Under the pieces are notes generated by a model. The model worked only from the letters and a program-made list of their open reading frames with translations, was not told the DNA's origin and made no database searches. A stretch of 64,000 bases of DNA from a virus (Duplodnaviria; Caudoviricetes): the IMG/VR virus record IMGVR_UViG_3300011217_000001, positions 128,001 through 192,000 of that record. One strand, 5' to 3'. The position numbers were made by a program, and so were the translations under genes. This document shows, piece after piece, positions 1 to 8,484 of this stretch (the first letter of the stretch is position 1; each line of letters starts with the position of its first letter).

Positions 1-5
1 GTGGT

Positions 6-29
6 GGTAGCCTCCCGAAAGAGGCTACC
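6..29 (-). terminator. Stem-loop, probable terminator
   Basis: GGTAGCCTC-CCGAAA-GAGGCTACC just downstream of minus-strand gene 41..379. Confidence 0.6.
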
Positions 30-40
30 GGTTCTACTGC

Positions 41-379
41 TTAACGCTTGCTGCGGAAGACTGCAGTCAGCTTGACATCATCGGTGTCGTCGATGCGTTC
101 AAGGGTAACCGAGTCAACACCACGGCGCTTGGTCGCCGAATGCTTGCTGCTTTCGAAGTAGCGAGCATGGGTGATTGCGCTATCGAAGATGGCATCACTG
201 TAGTGGTCATCGTCGAAAGTGGCGAGCATGTTTTCGATGTGCGCTCTGCGGGTGGGTGGTTTCGGGTTGTCCGAACCCACCGAGCGGATACCGTTACACG
301 CCCTGCTCAGTTCGCGCAGCCGCGGGATATCGATGGACGGGGTATCGTCGTCCTCGTCCTCTTCATCCACGACCCGCAT
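41..379 (-). CDS. Hypothetical protein, tandem paralogue family member A
   Basis: 112 aa; motifs RRAHIENMLA and RGVDSVTLE..DDVKLTAVF shared with neighbours. Confidence 0.75.
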   Translation of the reverse strand: MRVVDEEDEDDDTPSIDIPRLRELSRACNGIRSVGSDNPKPPTRRAHIENMLATFDDDHYSDAIFDSAITHARYFESSKHSATKRRGVDSVTLERIDDTDDVKLTAVFRSKR

Positions 380-759
380 CAGCTTTCGCCGAAGCCCGGC
401 GTACCCGGCAGCTGCTCGATCTTGACCGGACCATATTCGGCGGTCACGCGGACGCGGTTGCCCGGCAGTTCTTCGATTTCGACCGAGTCCACTTCGCGGC
501 GGATCTTGGGCTGCTTGGTCCAGTCGCGACCGTAGCCGCTGGCCGCCTGCTGGGCCGCGTTCAGGGTCTGGTGACGGATGTGCGAACCGACGTTCTCGGA
601 CAGCAGGCCTTCGATACGGGCACGGCGCAGCTTGCCGTCTTCACGCTGACCTGCGGCGATGCGGTCGGCGTTGATATCGAAGCGCGCATTGGCAAGGGCG
701 CGCTCTTCGATCGGCTCGTCCTGTTCGGTGACGTAAACCGGCTTCTTGGAATTGGACAC
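379..759 (-). CDS. Hypothetical protein, tandem paralogue family member B
   Basis: 126 aa; RRARIEGLLS and REVDSVEIE..RVRVTAEY; stop/start overlap with neighbours. Confidence 0.75.
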   Translation of the reverse strand: MSNSKKPVYVTEQDEPIEERALANARFDINADRIAAGQREDGKLRRARIEGLLSENVGSHIRHQTLNAAQQAASGYGRDWTKQPKIRREVDSVEIEELPGNRVRVTAEYGPVKIEQLPGTPGFGES

Positions 760-1067
760 TACTTCTGCTCCAGATAAAGCGAAAGGGAATCGAGGACGAT
801 GACAGAATGCTCACCTCCCTCGGGTTGATCCGGCAGAACCGGAACCTGGGGCGTCACGACCATGCGCGACTTGAGGCGTTCACAGAACTTTTCAACGATG
901 GCCTTCTCTTCGTCCACGTTGATACCGAGGGACATAGCCACACGGCGCAGTTCTTCCACGTCGGTAGGCGGTGCAAAACGCGCACCGATCGGGTGACCAT
1001 AGATGAGTCCCTTGCCGATGTTGTCACACAGCTTGGGGCTTTTCACAGGTTGGAACGTGAGGGACAT
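759..1067 (-). CDS. Hypothetical protein
   Basis: Start moved to MSLTFQ (ATG 1067), immediately after the upstream stop. Confidence 0.65.
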   Translation of the reverse strand: MSLTFQPVKSPKLCDNIGKGLIYGHPIGARFAPPTDVEELRRVAMSLGINVDEEKAIVEKFCERLKSRMVVTPQVPVLPDQPEGGEHSVIVLDSLSLYLEQK

Positions 1068-1068
1068 G

Positions 1069-1353
1069 TCAGTCCTTGCTCTTGGGTTTGAACGTGGCTC
1101 GCACCACGACCGTGTCGCTGAAGTTGCGCTGGATTTCGATCCGATCCAACCCACGGTAGTTATCTTCGCCGAAGGCAGCGTTGATGTGACCGTTGATGAT
1201 GTCCTGCGCGTAGCTCTGGTCCAGAGTGGTCCCAGCTGCGAGCATGTTCTCAAGGTTGGACTTGCGCAGGCCGGTGGAAAGACGCGTGGGGTTGGCGATA
1301 TCGCTCAGGTCGATGAGTTCGACCAAGTTGACGTCGTCGTTCGCCTCGTCCAT
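1069..1353 (-). CDS. Hypothetical protein, tandem paralogue family member C
   Basis: 94 aa; RKSNLENMLA and RGLDRIEIQ..DTVVVRATF. Confidence 0.75.
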   Translation of the reverse strand: MDEANDDVNLVELIDLSDIANPTRLSTGLRKSNLENMLAAGTTLDQSYAQDIINGHINAAFGEDNYRGLDRIEIQRNFSDTVVVRATFKPKSKD

Positions 1354-1673
1354 CAGCTGCGTTCCTTCGGTGCGAAGCGCGCGTGCAGATCGACGGTGTC
1401 GTCGCTGTTGTGGCGCAGCTCGATCGATTCCACGCCACGGTGGTCGTCGCGGCCGGTAGCCATGTCGACCGCGCAGGAGAGCATGTCTTCGCCACGATCG
1501 GCGGCCAGGCCGGTATCGGTGGCCAGCAGGTTGGAGATCTTGGCACTGCGATCGGTGATGCCCGGCAGCGGCTTGTCCAGCATCGGCAGGACACCGTCCA
1601 CGAACAAGTAGAGCTCCGACCCCTTTTCCAGGTTGGCGTCGGCGGCCTTGCGGGTACGTTCTTCTTTGGACAT
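1353..1673 (-). CDS. Hypothetical protein, tandem paralogue family member D
   Basis: 106 aa; RSAKISNLLA and RGVESIELR..DTVDLHARF; RBS AAGGAG. Confidence 0.75.
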   Translation of the reverse strand: MSKEERTRKAADANLEKGSELYLFVDGVLPMLDKPLPGITDRSAKISNLLATDTGLAADRGEDMLSCAVDMATGRDDHRGVESIELRHNSDDTVDLHARFAPKERS

Positions 1674-1688
1674 GATGCGTGTTACTCC

Positions 1689-2540
1689 TTAGTCGACAAG
1701 TTCAAGGATAAGACCGACCACTTCCAGCTTGCTGCGCTTGCCACGCAGAAGCGGGATGTTGGTGATGGCATAGTCGATCGTGTGGTGAGAGCAGTCGATG
1801 GACAGGGACAGATGCACTGCCACTTCCATCGGTTCTGCGAGGAGACCGAACGCTGAAAGCCCCGGTGGCGGTAGTGATGGCGAACGCGCGCCCGATGGCG
1901 AGAGGAACACAATGTCATCATCAAGCTGCTCATGACTACGGATGACCTTGCGGACCTGAGTCTCTGCCTCGATGCACATTGCTGGCGCTTTGAGGACGAT
2001 CGGACTATCGAGACGAACAGCAACCTCGCGGGACGACTCGATGATTTTCAACACCATGGCAGTGACAGCCATGGACTTACCGACTTGACAGTAGGCCTCG
2101 GTGGGAAACAAGAACGGCTGCGGACCCTGGGTCTTGCGTTCGGCATCCAGGAACATCAACCCCTTGTCCGGGATCTCGTAACTGGGCGGGTCCATGGTCC
2201 ACGTCGGGGCATCGCCAGTGCCGGCACGTACCAGGAAGCTGCGCTCACCAATTCCCTGTTGACCACGACCGACGAAGTGTTCGAGGAGATCTTCCTGCCC
2301 TTCATCAGACCGTGTCCAACTCGGACGCGAGTCCTGCCTGAGGTACACGCGGTTCTTGTCGAAGTTGTTGGAGAGGAAGGCGGCGATCAAGGACGCGAGA
2401 TCTTCCTTCATGCCACCGTGTCCACCTTCCACGGTGATGGTCATGAGGCTGTGAGCCTGCAGTTCCTCGACGGCCTTCACCAACGTCTGCGGAACGTGGA
2501 CCTTTGTCGGTTGTTCGGTGGATTCCGGAGTATCAGCCAT
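1689..2540 (-). CDS. Hypothetical protein
   Basis: Start MADTPES at 2540, overlapping the upstream stop. Confidence 0.7.
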   Translation of the reverse strand: MADTPESTEQPTKVHVPQTLVKAVEELQAHSLMTITVEGGHGGMKEDLASLIAAFLSNNFDKNRVYLRQDSRPSWTRSDEGQEDLLEHFVGRGQQGIGERSFLVRAGTGDAPTWTMDPPSYEIPDKGLMFLDAERKTQGPQPFLFPTEAYCQVGKSMAVTAMVLKIIESSREVAVRLDSPIVLKAPAMCIEAETQVRKVIRSHEQLDDDIVFLSPSGARSPSLPPPGLSAFGLLAEPMEVAVHLSLSIDCSHHTIDYAITNIPLLRGKRSKLEVVGLILELVD

Positions 2541-3315
2541 TGTTACCCCCGAAGTGACCGGACAGCTTCTTCTGCCAGTCCTGCAGTTCGGCACTGCTGG
2601 CAGACGGACCTTCCATCTTCTTCACCGCCGGCTTTTCATGGAACACCGGCTTGGGCGCATTGCGCTCGTGGAACTTCGGATCCGGTTCCTGCCCACGACG
2701 AGGCTTGCTCACCTCGATCGGACGACCAGACATGCTGGTGGCCAGTTCACGACCCGGGCCCGGCTTACGCTCGGTACGGGGACGATCGTTCGGACGGGAC
2801 TGACGCGGCTCACGGGAGCGGTCCTTCCGCAGCGCCTTGATCGACTTGCTGCGCACCTTGCCGTCCACTTCGTTCAGGGCGGTGACGGTGGCTGCGTTGA
2901 GGATGGTCTTGCTGCCCAGCAGCTGACCTTCCAGGGTCTGGATGCGGCGCTTGGTCACATCGTCCAGCGCCGAGAAGTAGATCACCCACTTCTCCATCAG
3001 TTCGGCCCAGTGGAAGTCGCCGATGCTGTGGTCCTGCACGATGGTGATGAAAGCGACCGGGTCACCGTTGCCATTGCGATCCAGTTCTTCCAGGAACTTG
3101 GTCGTCTCATCGCCACGATGGCGACCGAAGTTGGTATTGAAGATGCGCTCCAGGCCGACGGCTTCGTCGGCGGCAGCGTCATGATCGAGGAAGCTGGCAT
3201 CAACCGTATCCGATCGGTGACCGGAGGTCGTGAAGACCTGGTTGAAGTTGCGGCGCTGGGCTTCGGCCAGTGCGGCATCGCGGGAATTGGAAACGATCCA
3301 GTGGTACTGTGGCAT
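2533..3315 (-). CDS. Hypothetical protein with basic, disordered C-terminal half
   Basis: 260 aa ORF; R/K/P-rich tail. Confidence 0.7.
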   Translation of the reverse strand: MPQYHWIVSNSRDAALAEAQRRNFNQVFTTSGHRSDTVDASFLDHDAAADEAVGLERIFNTNFGRHRGDETTKFLEELDRNGNGDPVAFITIVQDHSIGDFHWAELMEKWVIYFSALDDVTKRRIQTLEGQLLGSKTILNAATVTALNEVDGKVRSKSIKALRKDRSREPRQSRPNDRPRTERKPGPGRELATSMSGRPIEVSKPRRGQEPDPKFHERNAPKPVFHEKPAVKKMEGPSASSAELQDWQKKLSGHFGGNNG

Positions 3316-3400
3316 TGTGTTCTCTCGTGTTCAGTTGGGTGCGCTGGTTCCAGCATCGGATGAAACAGGGCTAGCGGTTTTTACACCAGCGTCTTGTTAC

Positions 3401-3434
3401 GGCATAAAAGCCGAGGGGGAGTTACCCCCTCGGC
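3401..3434 (-). terminator. Hairpin + TTTTATGCC element
   Basis: Minus strand GCCGAGGGGG-TAACT-CCCCCTCGGC-TTTTATGCC. Confidence 0.75.
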
Positions 3435-3443
3435 AGACCAGGA

Positions 3444-3761
3444 TTAGAAGCCGTGACGCTTCAGCGCTTCGTCGATGTCCTTGCCCGAGTAGACCAAGTC
3501 GTGATTCTCCGAGTCTTCTTCGTTGATCTCGGTGAGGGTCAGTTCACTGGTCTCCAGCGCGAAGGTGCGCTGGCTCAGGTTGTCGGTGCCGATGGCGGCG
3601 CGGAAGTGCTGCAGGTCGGCCTTCATGGCCAGCCAGTCACCATCCTGCTCCTTCGTCAGCTCGTTGGCTTCGGACACGATGTTGACATCGTACTGACCCA
3701 GTTCGCGGATCAGGAAATCGTTGTCGTCAAGTGCGTAGTACGTGGGTTTGCCGTTGTTCAT
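3444..3761 (-). CDS. Acidic hypothetical protein
   Basis: Start MNNGKP at 3761; followed by terminator. Confidence 0.7.
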   Translation of the reverse strand: MNNGKPTYYALDDNDFLIRELGQYDVNIVSEANELTKEQDGDWLAMKADLQHFRAAIGTDNLSQRTFALETSELTLTEINEEDSENHDLVYSGKDIDEALKRHGF

Positions 3762-3841
3762 GGTCTTGGTTTCGGTTGTCGCAGCAGAAGGGAATAGACC
3801 CCCCACTCCCTGCTGCAGGAGTGGAGGGTAGAAACTGGGGG

Positions 3842-4438
3842 CTATCGCCTGGCGTAGAAGCGATGATTGCCGATGGTCGCAACGTAGCGTTCATAGCGCA
3901 GTTGCCGGTGGGCTGCCTTGTTCCGGAAGAACAGGCTGTCGTCAATGGGGTTGGGGACAGATCGTGTCAGGACGTCGCGGCTCACTTTCATGGCCATTGC
4001 GTAGCGGTCCTGCTCGCGGATCTTCAGGTTCATCCCAACCCAGTTGTACTCGTATTTACCCTGGTATTTGGTGTGGATCACTCCACAGATGGATTTTGGA
4101 TAAGCTGGATGCGCTGCGCGGTTGAGGGTCAGATACCCTACGGCGCGCATTCCTACTTCACTTTCACCCTTGGCTTCGTGATAGATCGTCCGTGCCATGC
4201 ATTGGATCTCGGCATCGGTGAGCTTCACAGTGTAGCGTTCGTTAAGCGGTATGATTGGAACGGGGAGCTCCACAATCGGGAGCGGATCAACTTCAATGTT
4301 GACCGGAAGAATCACGGCCTCGACAGGCGCCATGACAACGTTGCTGGTGACAACTTGCTGCTTGGGCTGGAAGAGGGTACAGGCGCTCAGGCTCAGTACG
4401 ACCGACATTACCAGCAGGGACTTGATCAGGTTGAACAT
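3842..4438 (-). CDS. SleB/Hydrolase_2 family cell wall hydrolase, predicted lipoprotein
   Basis: CMARTIYHEAKGE..GMRAVG..LNR...YPKSICGVI and C-terminal IGNHRFY; signal peptide with lipobox LSAC. Confidence 0.88.
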   Translation of the reverse strand: MFNLIKSLLVMSVVLSLSACTLFQPKQQVVTSNVVMAPVEAVILPVNIEVDPLPIVELPVPIIPLNERYTVKLTDAEIQCMARTIYHEAKGESEVGMRAVGYLTLNRAAHPAYPKSICGVIHTKYQGKYEYNWVGMNLKIREQDRYAMAMKVSRDVLTRSVPNPIDDSLFFRNKAAHRQLRYERYVATIGNHRFYARR

Positions 4439-4576
4439 TGGAGCAAACTCTAGCAGGGATATTCCTGCCACAGATCTCTCCCTTTTCGCATGCAGGAGTT
4501 CACTGTGGAGGCGCTAAGTACATTGTTTCAGGGTCTCTATTTGGAAGTTTGGAGAAATTACGCTGGCCTACAAAAG

Positions 4577-4644
4577 ATAGACCTCATGACCCTAGGGAGC
4601 TTCAGCTTTTGAAAGCATGACTCCCTTAGGTAATGTAGGTCTAT
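4577..4644. repeat. Long imperfect inverted repeat (intergenic)
   Basis: ATAGACCT..CCTAGGGAG..GCTTT/AAAGC..CTCCCTTAGG..AGGTCTAT. Confidence 0.6.
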
Positions 4645-4667
4645 TTCCTGTTTGTTTCTTCAAGCTG

Positions 4668-4946
4668 TCAGCCCGCGTTACGGGCTGATTCGAAGCTGTC
4701 CCAGTCACTATCGGTGGCAACGCGCTTCTCCAGATCGACACGATCGGGAAGCTGTCCACCGCGATGACGCCCATCGTCGCTCACCAGAGAACCGAGCAGA
4801 CCGCTGGAGTCTGTGTGGGTATAGCCGCAGATGCGGCACTTGTATTCCTTGCCGATGACTTTGGTCTTCGTACCGAAGTGACCAATGCCATCAGTTACTT
4901 CCAGATCTTCCCGACCATGTTGGCAGGAGGTGTTTCGAGTGTTCAT
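4668..4946 (-). CDS. Small hypothetical protein, possible Zn ribbon
   Basis: CxH ... CRICG motifs. Confidence 0.5.
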   Translation of the reverse strand: MNTRNTSCQHGREDLEVTDGIGHFGTKTKVIGKEYKCRICGYTHTDSSGLLGSLVSDDGRHRGGQLPDRVDLEKRVATDSDWDSFESARNAG

Positions 4947-5017
4947 TTTGGTTGGCCGGTATGTCTCCAAATCATTCTGGTGAGGGGTCGTCTTTTACAA
5001 CCAAAAGAAAATGTCGA

Positions 5018-5046
5018 GCATAGAGGGAGGCCCCGAAGGGCCTCCC
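5018..5046 (-). terminator. Hairpin + TATGC element
   Basis: GGGAGGCCC-TTCG-GGGCCTCCC-TCTATGC on minus strand. Confidence 0.7.
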
Positions 5047-5051
5047 GTCTG

Positions 5052-5426
5052 TTATTCAGCGCTGGGAGCGTTCTCGCCGTAGAAGACGGGAACAACCAGG
5101 CACAGGCCCTGATCAGAACGCATGATCTGCGAACCGATGACGCCGACTGCGTCACGAGCGATGTCTTCGAGGATCTTCAGTAGCAGGGGATCTTCCTGCG
5201 CTGCCGTGGCAGTGCCGAAGCTGAAACCGCTCATGACCGTGATCGGGATGATCAGCGATGCCTGCTCTGCCGAATAGAACTTCACGATCGTCGGGGCATC
5301 GGTCAGGATGCATTTGAGCTGGCCTGCGAAATCGCTGGCAGCTTCGTAGCGCTTGATGGGCAGCGTAGCGCCTTGCTCGGAAGCCAGGGCAATCACTGCA
5401 TCGAAACGGATCTTCTCGTCGCTCAT
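5052..5426 (-). CDS. Hypothetical protein
   Basis: Start MSDEKI, ATGA overlap with upstream gene. Confidence 0.7.
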   Translation of the reverse strand: MSDEKIRFDAVIALASEQGATLPIKRYEAASDFAGQLKCILTDAPTIVKFYSAEQASLIIPITVMSGFSFGTATAAQEDPLLLKILEDIARDAVGVIGSQIMRSDQGLCLVVPVFYGENAPSAE

Positions 5427-5920
5427 CGGCGTTTGGTCTTCGGTGGTGGTGGGAGTGGGGTGGCTTCCAATTCCTGCCACTCGCGCAGGATCTTGGCGTC
5501 TTCGCCATAGCGCGGGAAGCCGGGCTGGAAGAAGATGGCTTCGTCGTTCTTGAGCGCAGCTTCGATGGCGTCGTAGTCCCCGGCCATGTGCGAGATGCCC
5601 GAGGGCTGGCGATCCAGATGGACCAGCTCGGGGTTCTGCAGCATGACGATGAAGGACTGCTCACGGATGGAGTTCTGCGGGAACTTGGCCGTGAGGAAAC
5701 GCCCTTCGCCGACCTTGAGCAGCATGACGAATTCGCCATGGGAAAGGTAGTCGGTATGGGACAGTTCCCTGGCGTAGCGACGTGCGCCAGCACGGATGCG
5801 ATCCACGATCAGATCACGCTGGTCGGCCAACTGTTGATCACGCGAACGCCAGCCCTGTTGACTACGGGGCACTTCCCAGTCGACCTTGCGACGCTGACCG
5901 TAGCTGTAGTAGTGACTCAT
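5423..5920 (-). CDS. Hypothetical protein
   Basis: 165 aa, ATGA-coupled. Confidence 0.7.
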   Translation of the reverse strand: MSHYYSYGQRRKVDWEVPRSQQGWRSRDQQLADQRDLIVDRIRAGARRYARELSHTDYLSHGEFVMLLKVGEGRFLTAKFPQNSIREQSFIVMLQNPELVHLDRQPSGISHMAGDYDAIEAALKNDEAIFFQPGFPRYGEDAKILREWQELEATPLPPPPKTKRR

Positions 5921-6333
5921 GTGGCAGCCTTTTCCCTTTTCTTCTTGGCGCGATAGGTTTCGATGTATCCCCGCTGCTTTTGCAAACGCAGGGTGTGAGC
6001 TGCTGTGTCTTTGTACGTGGATCCATCCGCCAGTTTCAGGTAGCAGTCCGGGCGAGCAGGGTCTTGCATCCAGTGGCGGATACGAGCACTACTGACCTTG
6101 TGTACGCGAGCGGCGATCTTGCTAAAACGATATTCAACGCCATCAATCACCCAGCGGCACCCAGCGAACGACATGGCCGGTTTAGTGGCCTCATTGAGCT
6201 TACGCCAGCCTGAGGTCTCGGGCGTCTTACAGAGCTTGTTGAGGACGTTACGTTCGATGCCGGTTGCTTCTACTGCGGCAGTGATGCTTTCATACACCAC
6301 CCCGGCATGTTCTACTTTCACTCGATTGTGCAT
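5917..6333 (-). CDS. Tandem NUMOD1/IENR1-like DNA-binding repeat protein without nuclease domain
   Basis: HAGVVYESITAAVEATGIERNVL and IDGVEYRFSKIAARVHKVSSARIRHW repeats; basic C-terminus. Confidence 0.65.
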   Translation of the reverse strand: MHNRVKVEHAGVVYESITAAVEATGIERNVLNKLCKTPETSGWRKLNEATKPAMSFAGCRWVIDGVEYRFSKIAARVHKVSSARIRHWMQDPARPDCYLKLADGSTYKDTAAHTLRLQKQRGYIETYRAKKKREKAAT

Positions 6334-6339
6334 GACGGC

Positions 6340-6894
6340 TTACAGATACTCTTCGGGCAGTGGTCCGTAGATGAGCTTGGCCATCGTACCCAGTACGCGT
6401 CCGGATTCGCCATTGGCTACATTACCGTGGAAATCCATCGCGTAGGAGAAGCCGATCTCGTTCCACCACAGTGCCACGTTGAAGCACGGGCACGCCTTCG
6501 GCACGCCCAGATCACGATGACCGATGATGCTCTCGATCTTGTAGGTCAGCTGCAGGTTCCAGATCTTGAGCGCAAGGGCACGCATCTGTGCCGGAGTGTA
6601 GTTGGCCGTCGGCTTGTTCTGTTCATCCACCCCGCCTTCCAGAGCCACGGCCACGGAGATGCGGTTGACCAGGGGTTCGTGCGCACCCATCATCGGCAAC
6701 GGGCGACAATGGTGCACCTTGCCATCGCGAGTGATGATGAAGTGATAGCCCGTGGTAGCGAACTGACGCGCCCTGTGGTTCTTTTCCACCCACTTGACCA
6801 CGTCAGGGAACTGCTCCGGATAGGTCGCCGTGCAATGCACGACAACCATGCGGATGTCTTCTTTCTTCATTACTTCCATCGTAGGCTGAGCCAC
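6340..6894 (-). CDS. N-acetylmuramoyl-L-alanine amidase (T7 lysozyme-like, Amidase_2)
   Basis: VVHCTAT, GYHFII, GAH, GHRD, KACPCF zinc/catalytic motifs. Confidence 0.92.
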   Translation of the reverse strand: MAQPTMEVMKKEDIRMVVVHCTATYPEQFPDVVKWVEKNHRARQFATTGYHFIITRDGKVHHCRPLPMMGAHEPLVNRISVAVALEGGVDEQNKPTANYTPAQMRALALKIWNLQLTYKIESIIGHRDLGVPKACPCFNVALWWNEIGFSYAMDFHGNVANGESGRVLGTMAKLIYGPLPEEYL

Positions 6895-6897
6895 GTC

Positions 6898-7269
6898 TTA
6901 CTCCCTTGGGTAGATACAGTCAGTGTCGCCATGCCCAGCGGCCTGGGCGAGTTTGTCTCGGTCGAGCCATTCGCACAGAACGCGCAGCGATGCAACCATC
7001 GGCATGACCCCGCCACAGACCAGGATCAATGGGACCAGGTAAGGGTCATAGGCGCCATTCATCTCCCCATTGAAAACAGCATGGATGAACGCCGCATTGC
7101 CGATGGGGAGCAGGATCAGCGGCGCTGCCATGTGGATCACCAGGGCGTCAATGCAACGACTTGCGCCGTTGTTGCAGAGGATTCGATTGTTGGCCCAGAA
7201 GATTGCGGTCAACTGGACCATCATCGTCAAGAACACGATGGCGTCTGCGATGAACAGATACTTGAACAC
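6898..7269 (-). CDS. Small multi-TM membrane protein (holin candidate)
   Basis: About 3 hydrophobic segments; directly upstream of amidase. Confidence 0.55.
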   Translation of the reverse strand: MFKYLFIADAIVFLTMMVQLTAIFWANNRILCNNGASRCIDALVIHMAAPLILLPIGNAAFIHAVFNGEMNGAYDPYLVPLILVCGGVMPMVASLRVLCEWLDRDKLAQAAGHGDTDCIYPRE

Positions 7270-7278
7270 GACCCTTCC

Positions 7279-7797
7279 TTATTTGCGCAGTTCGTCGAGG
7301 TTGAACGGGTTCAGTGCCTGGCCGGAGAGGTTACCAGCCAGCAGCTGAGCCATCGGATTGCAGCTGCGGATATCCTGGTCAGCACGAACCAGCATGCACA
7401 GCGTCTGGGTATAGACACCGGCCACATTGGTGACGAAGAAGACGCTGTAGGGAATCTCCTTGTACTTCTGTAGCTGGTTCATGTTCCCATACACGGTGGC
7501 GTTGCCGATCTCGAAGATATCGGTTTCCACGTAGATGGTGGCGTGGACACGCTCCATGGCCAGTCGAGCCACTTCAGCGCGGACGTACTCCGCTTCGCGC
7601 TGAGCGATCTCGGTCTTGGAGAGCGTCTCCTTGGAGGTCTCCAGATCTTCCAGCACCTTGACCGTAGCATTGGCGCGCATGACGTCCCAGCTGATACGTT
7701 CACCCAGCGGGGCGATGCGGTCGATATTGTCCAGCTGACTTGCATCGTTGACGATCAGGAAATACAGCCGCTTGGGATTGCGAGTGGTTTCTTCCAT
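7279..7797 (-). CDS. Hypothetical protein
   Basis: 172 aa, RBS GGGAGA. Confidence 0.75.
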   Translation of the reverse strand: MEETTRNPKRLYFLIVNDASQLDNIDRIAPLGERISWDVMRANATVKVLEDLETSKETLSKTEIAQREAEYVRAEVARLAMERVHATIYVETDIFEIGNATVYGNMNQLQKYKEIPYSVFFVTNVAGVYTQTLCMLVRADQDIRSCNPMAQLLAGNLSGQALNPFNLDELRK

Positions 7798-7848
7798 GGT
7801 ATTTCTCCCTTGGTGACTATAGGAAAAGCAATTCTTGTTATTAAATAC

Positions 7849-7877
7849 GGCGGGAGGAAACCCCTCCCGCCTATGCC
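7849..7877. terminator. Hairpin + TATGCC element
   Basis: GGCGGGAGG-AAACC-CCTCCCGCC-TATGCC. Confidence 0.6.
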
Positions 7878-7878
7878 G

Positions 7879-8484
7879 TCAGTGACTTCCCCAGACTTGC
7901 CCGGCCTGCGACTGGAAGTCCATACGGATCAGTGAGCGATCGTGATACATCCACACAGTGAATGCTCCTTTCACGTCACTCGGTTCAAGCCACATCTCAA
8001 CTCCGGTACGGAACAGCGCGTACAGGAAACGACGCATGGCAGCCCCATGACTGTACCACTTACGTTCATCAGGCCCAGCGCCCCCACACCACTTCTCAAC
8101 TTCCATCTTGAATGGTTCGTCAGAACTGGTCGGGGAGTAGACAATCGCCTTCTCGTGCCGGGGCGGCATGTCACCCTTGGTATTGACAAGAGTAACGTTG
8201 AGCACCTTGAGCATGTCCATACTGCCCAGACCATGCAAACTCAGGAACCACATACGACGCCCCGGTACACGCAGGTTGTGGTAGATGTGGGTCGAATAGC
8301 TGGTGGGCTTATAGAAGTACTCGGCAAAGCGCATGAACAGTGGCGCAAACCACATCGGCAGTTTCTCCGACATCAGTGTCCGGAGAAACTCTTCCTGTCG
8401 CCAGAGGACGTCCACGGGGAGGTCGGCCATCCAGCTTGCGGAGTTTACAACGATGTGACGTTGAACTTGGCTCTTCTTCTTCAT
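7879..8484 (-). CDS. Hypothetical protein
   Basis: 201 aa, ATGA-coupled. Confidence 0.7.
   Translation of the reverse strand: MKKKSQVQRHIVVNSASWMADLPVDVLWRQEEFLRTLMSEKLPMWFAPLFMRFAEYFYKPTSYSTHIYHNLRVPGRRMWFLSLHGLGSMDMLKVLNVTLVNTKGDMPPRHEKAIVYSPTSSDEPFKMEVEKWCGGAGPDERKWYSHGAAMRRFLYALFRTGVEMWLEPSDVKGAFTVWMYHDRSLIRMDFQSQAGQVWGSH

Noticed and set aside
1689-2540. ITVEGGHGGMK resembles a kinase P-loop
   Set aside because: Lacks GK[ST] and supporting motifs; left as hypothetical.
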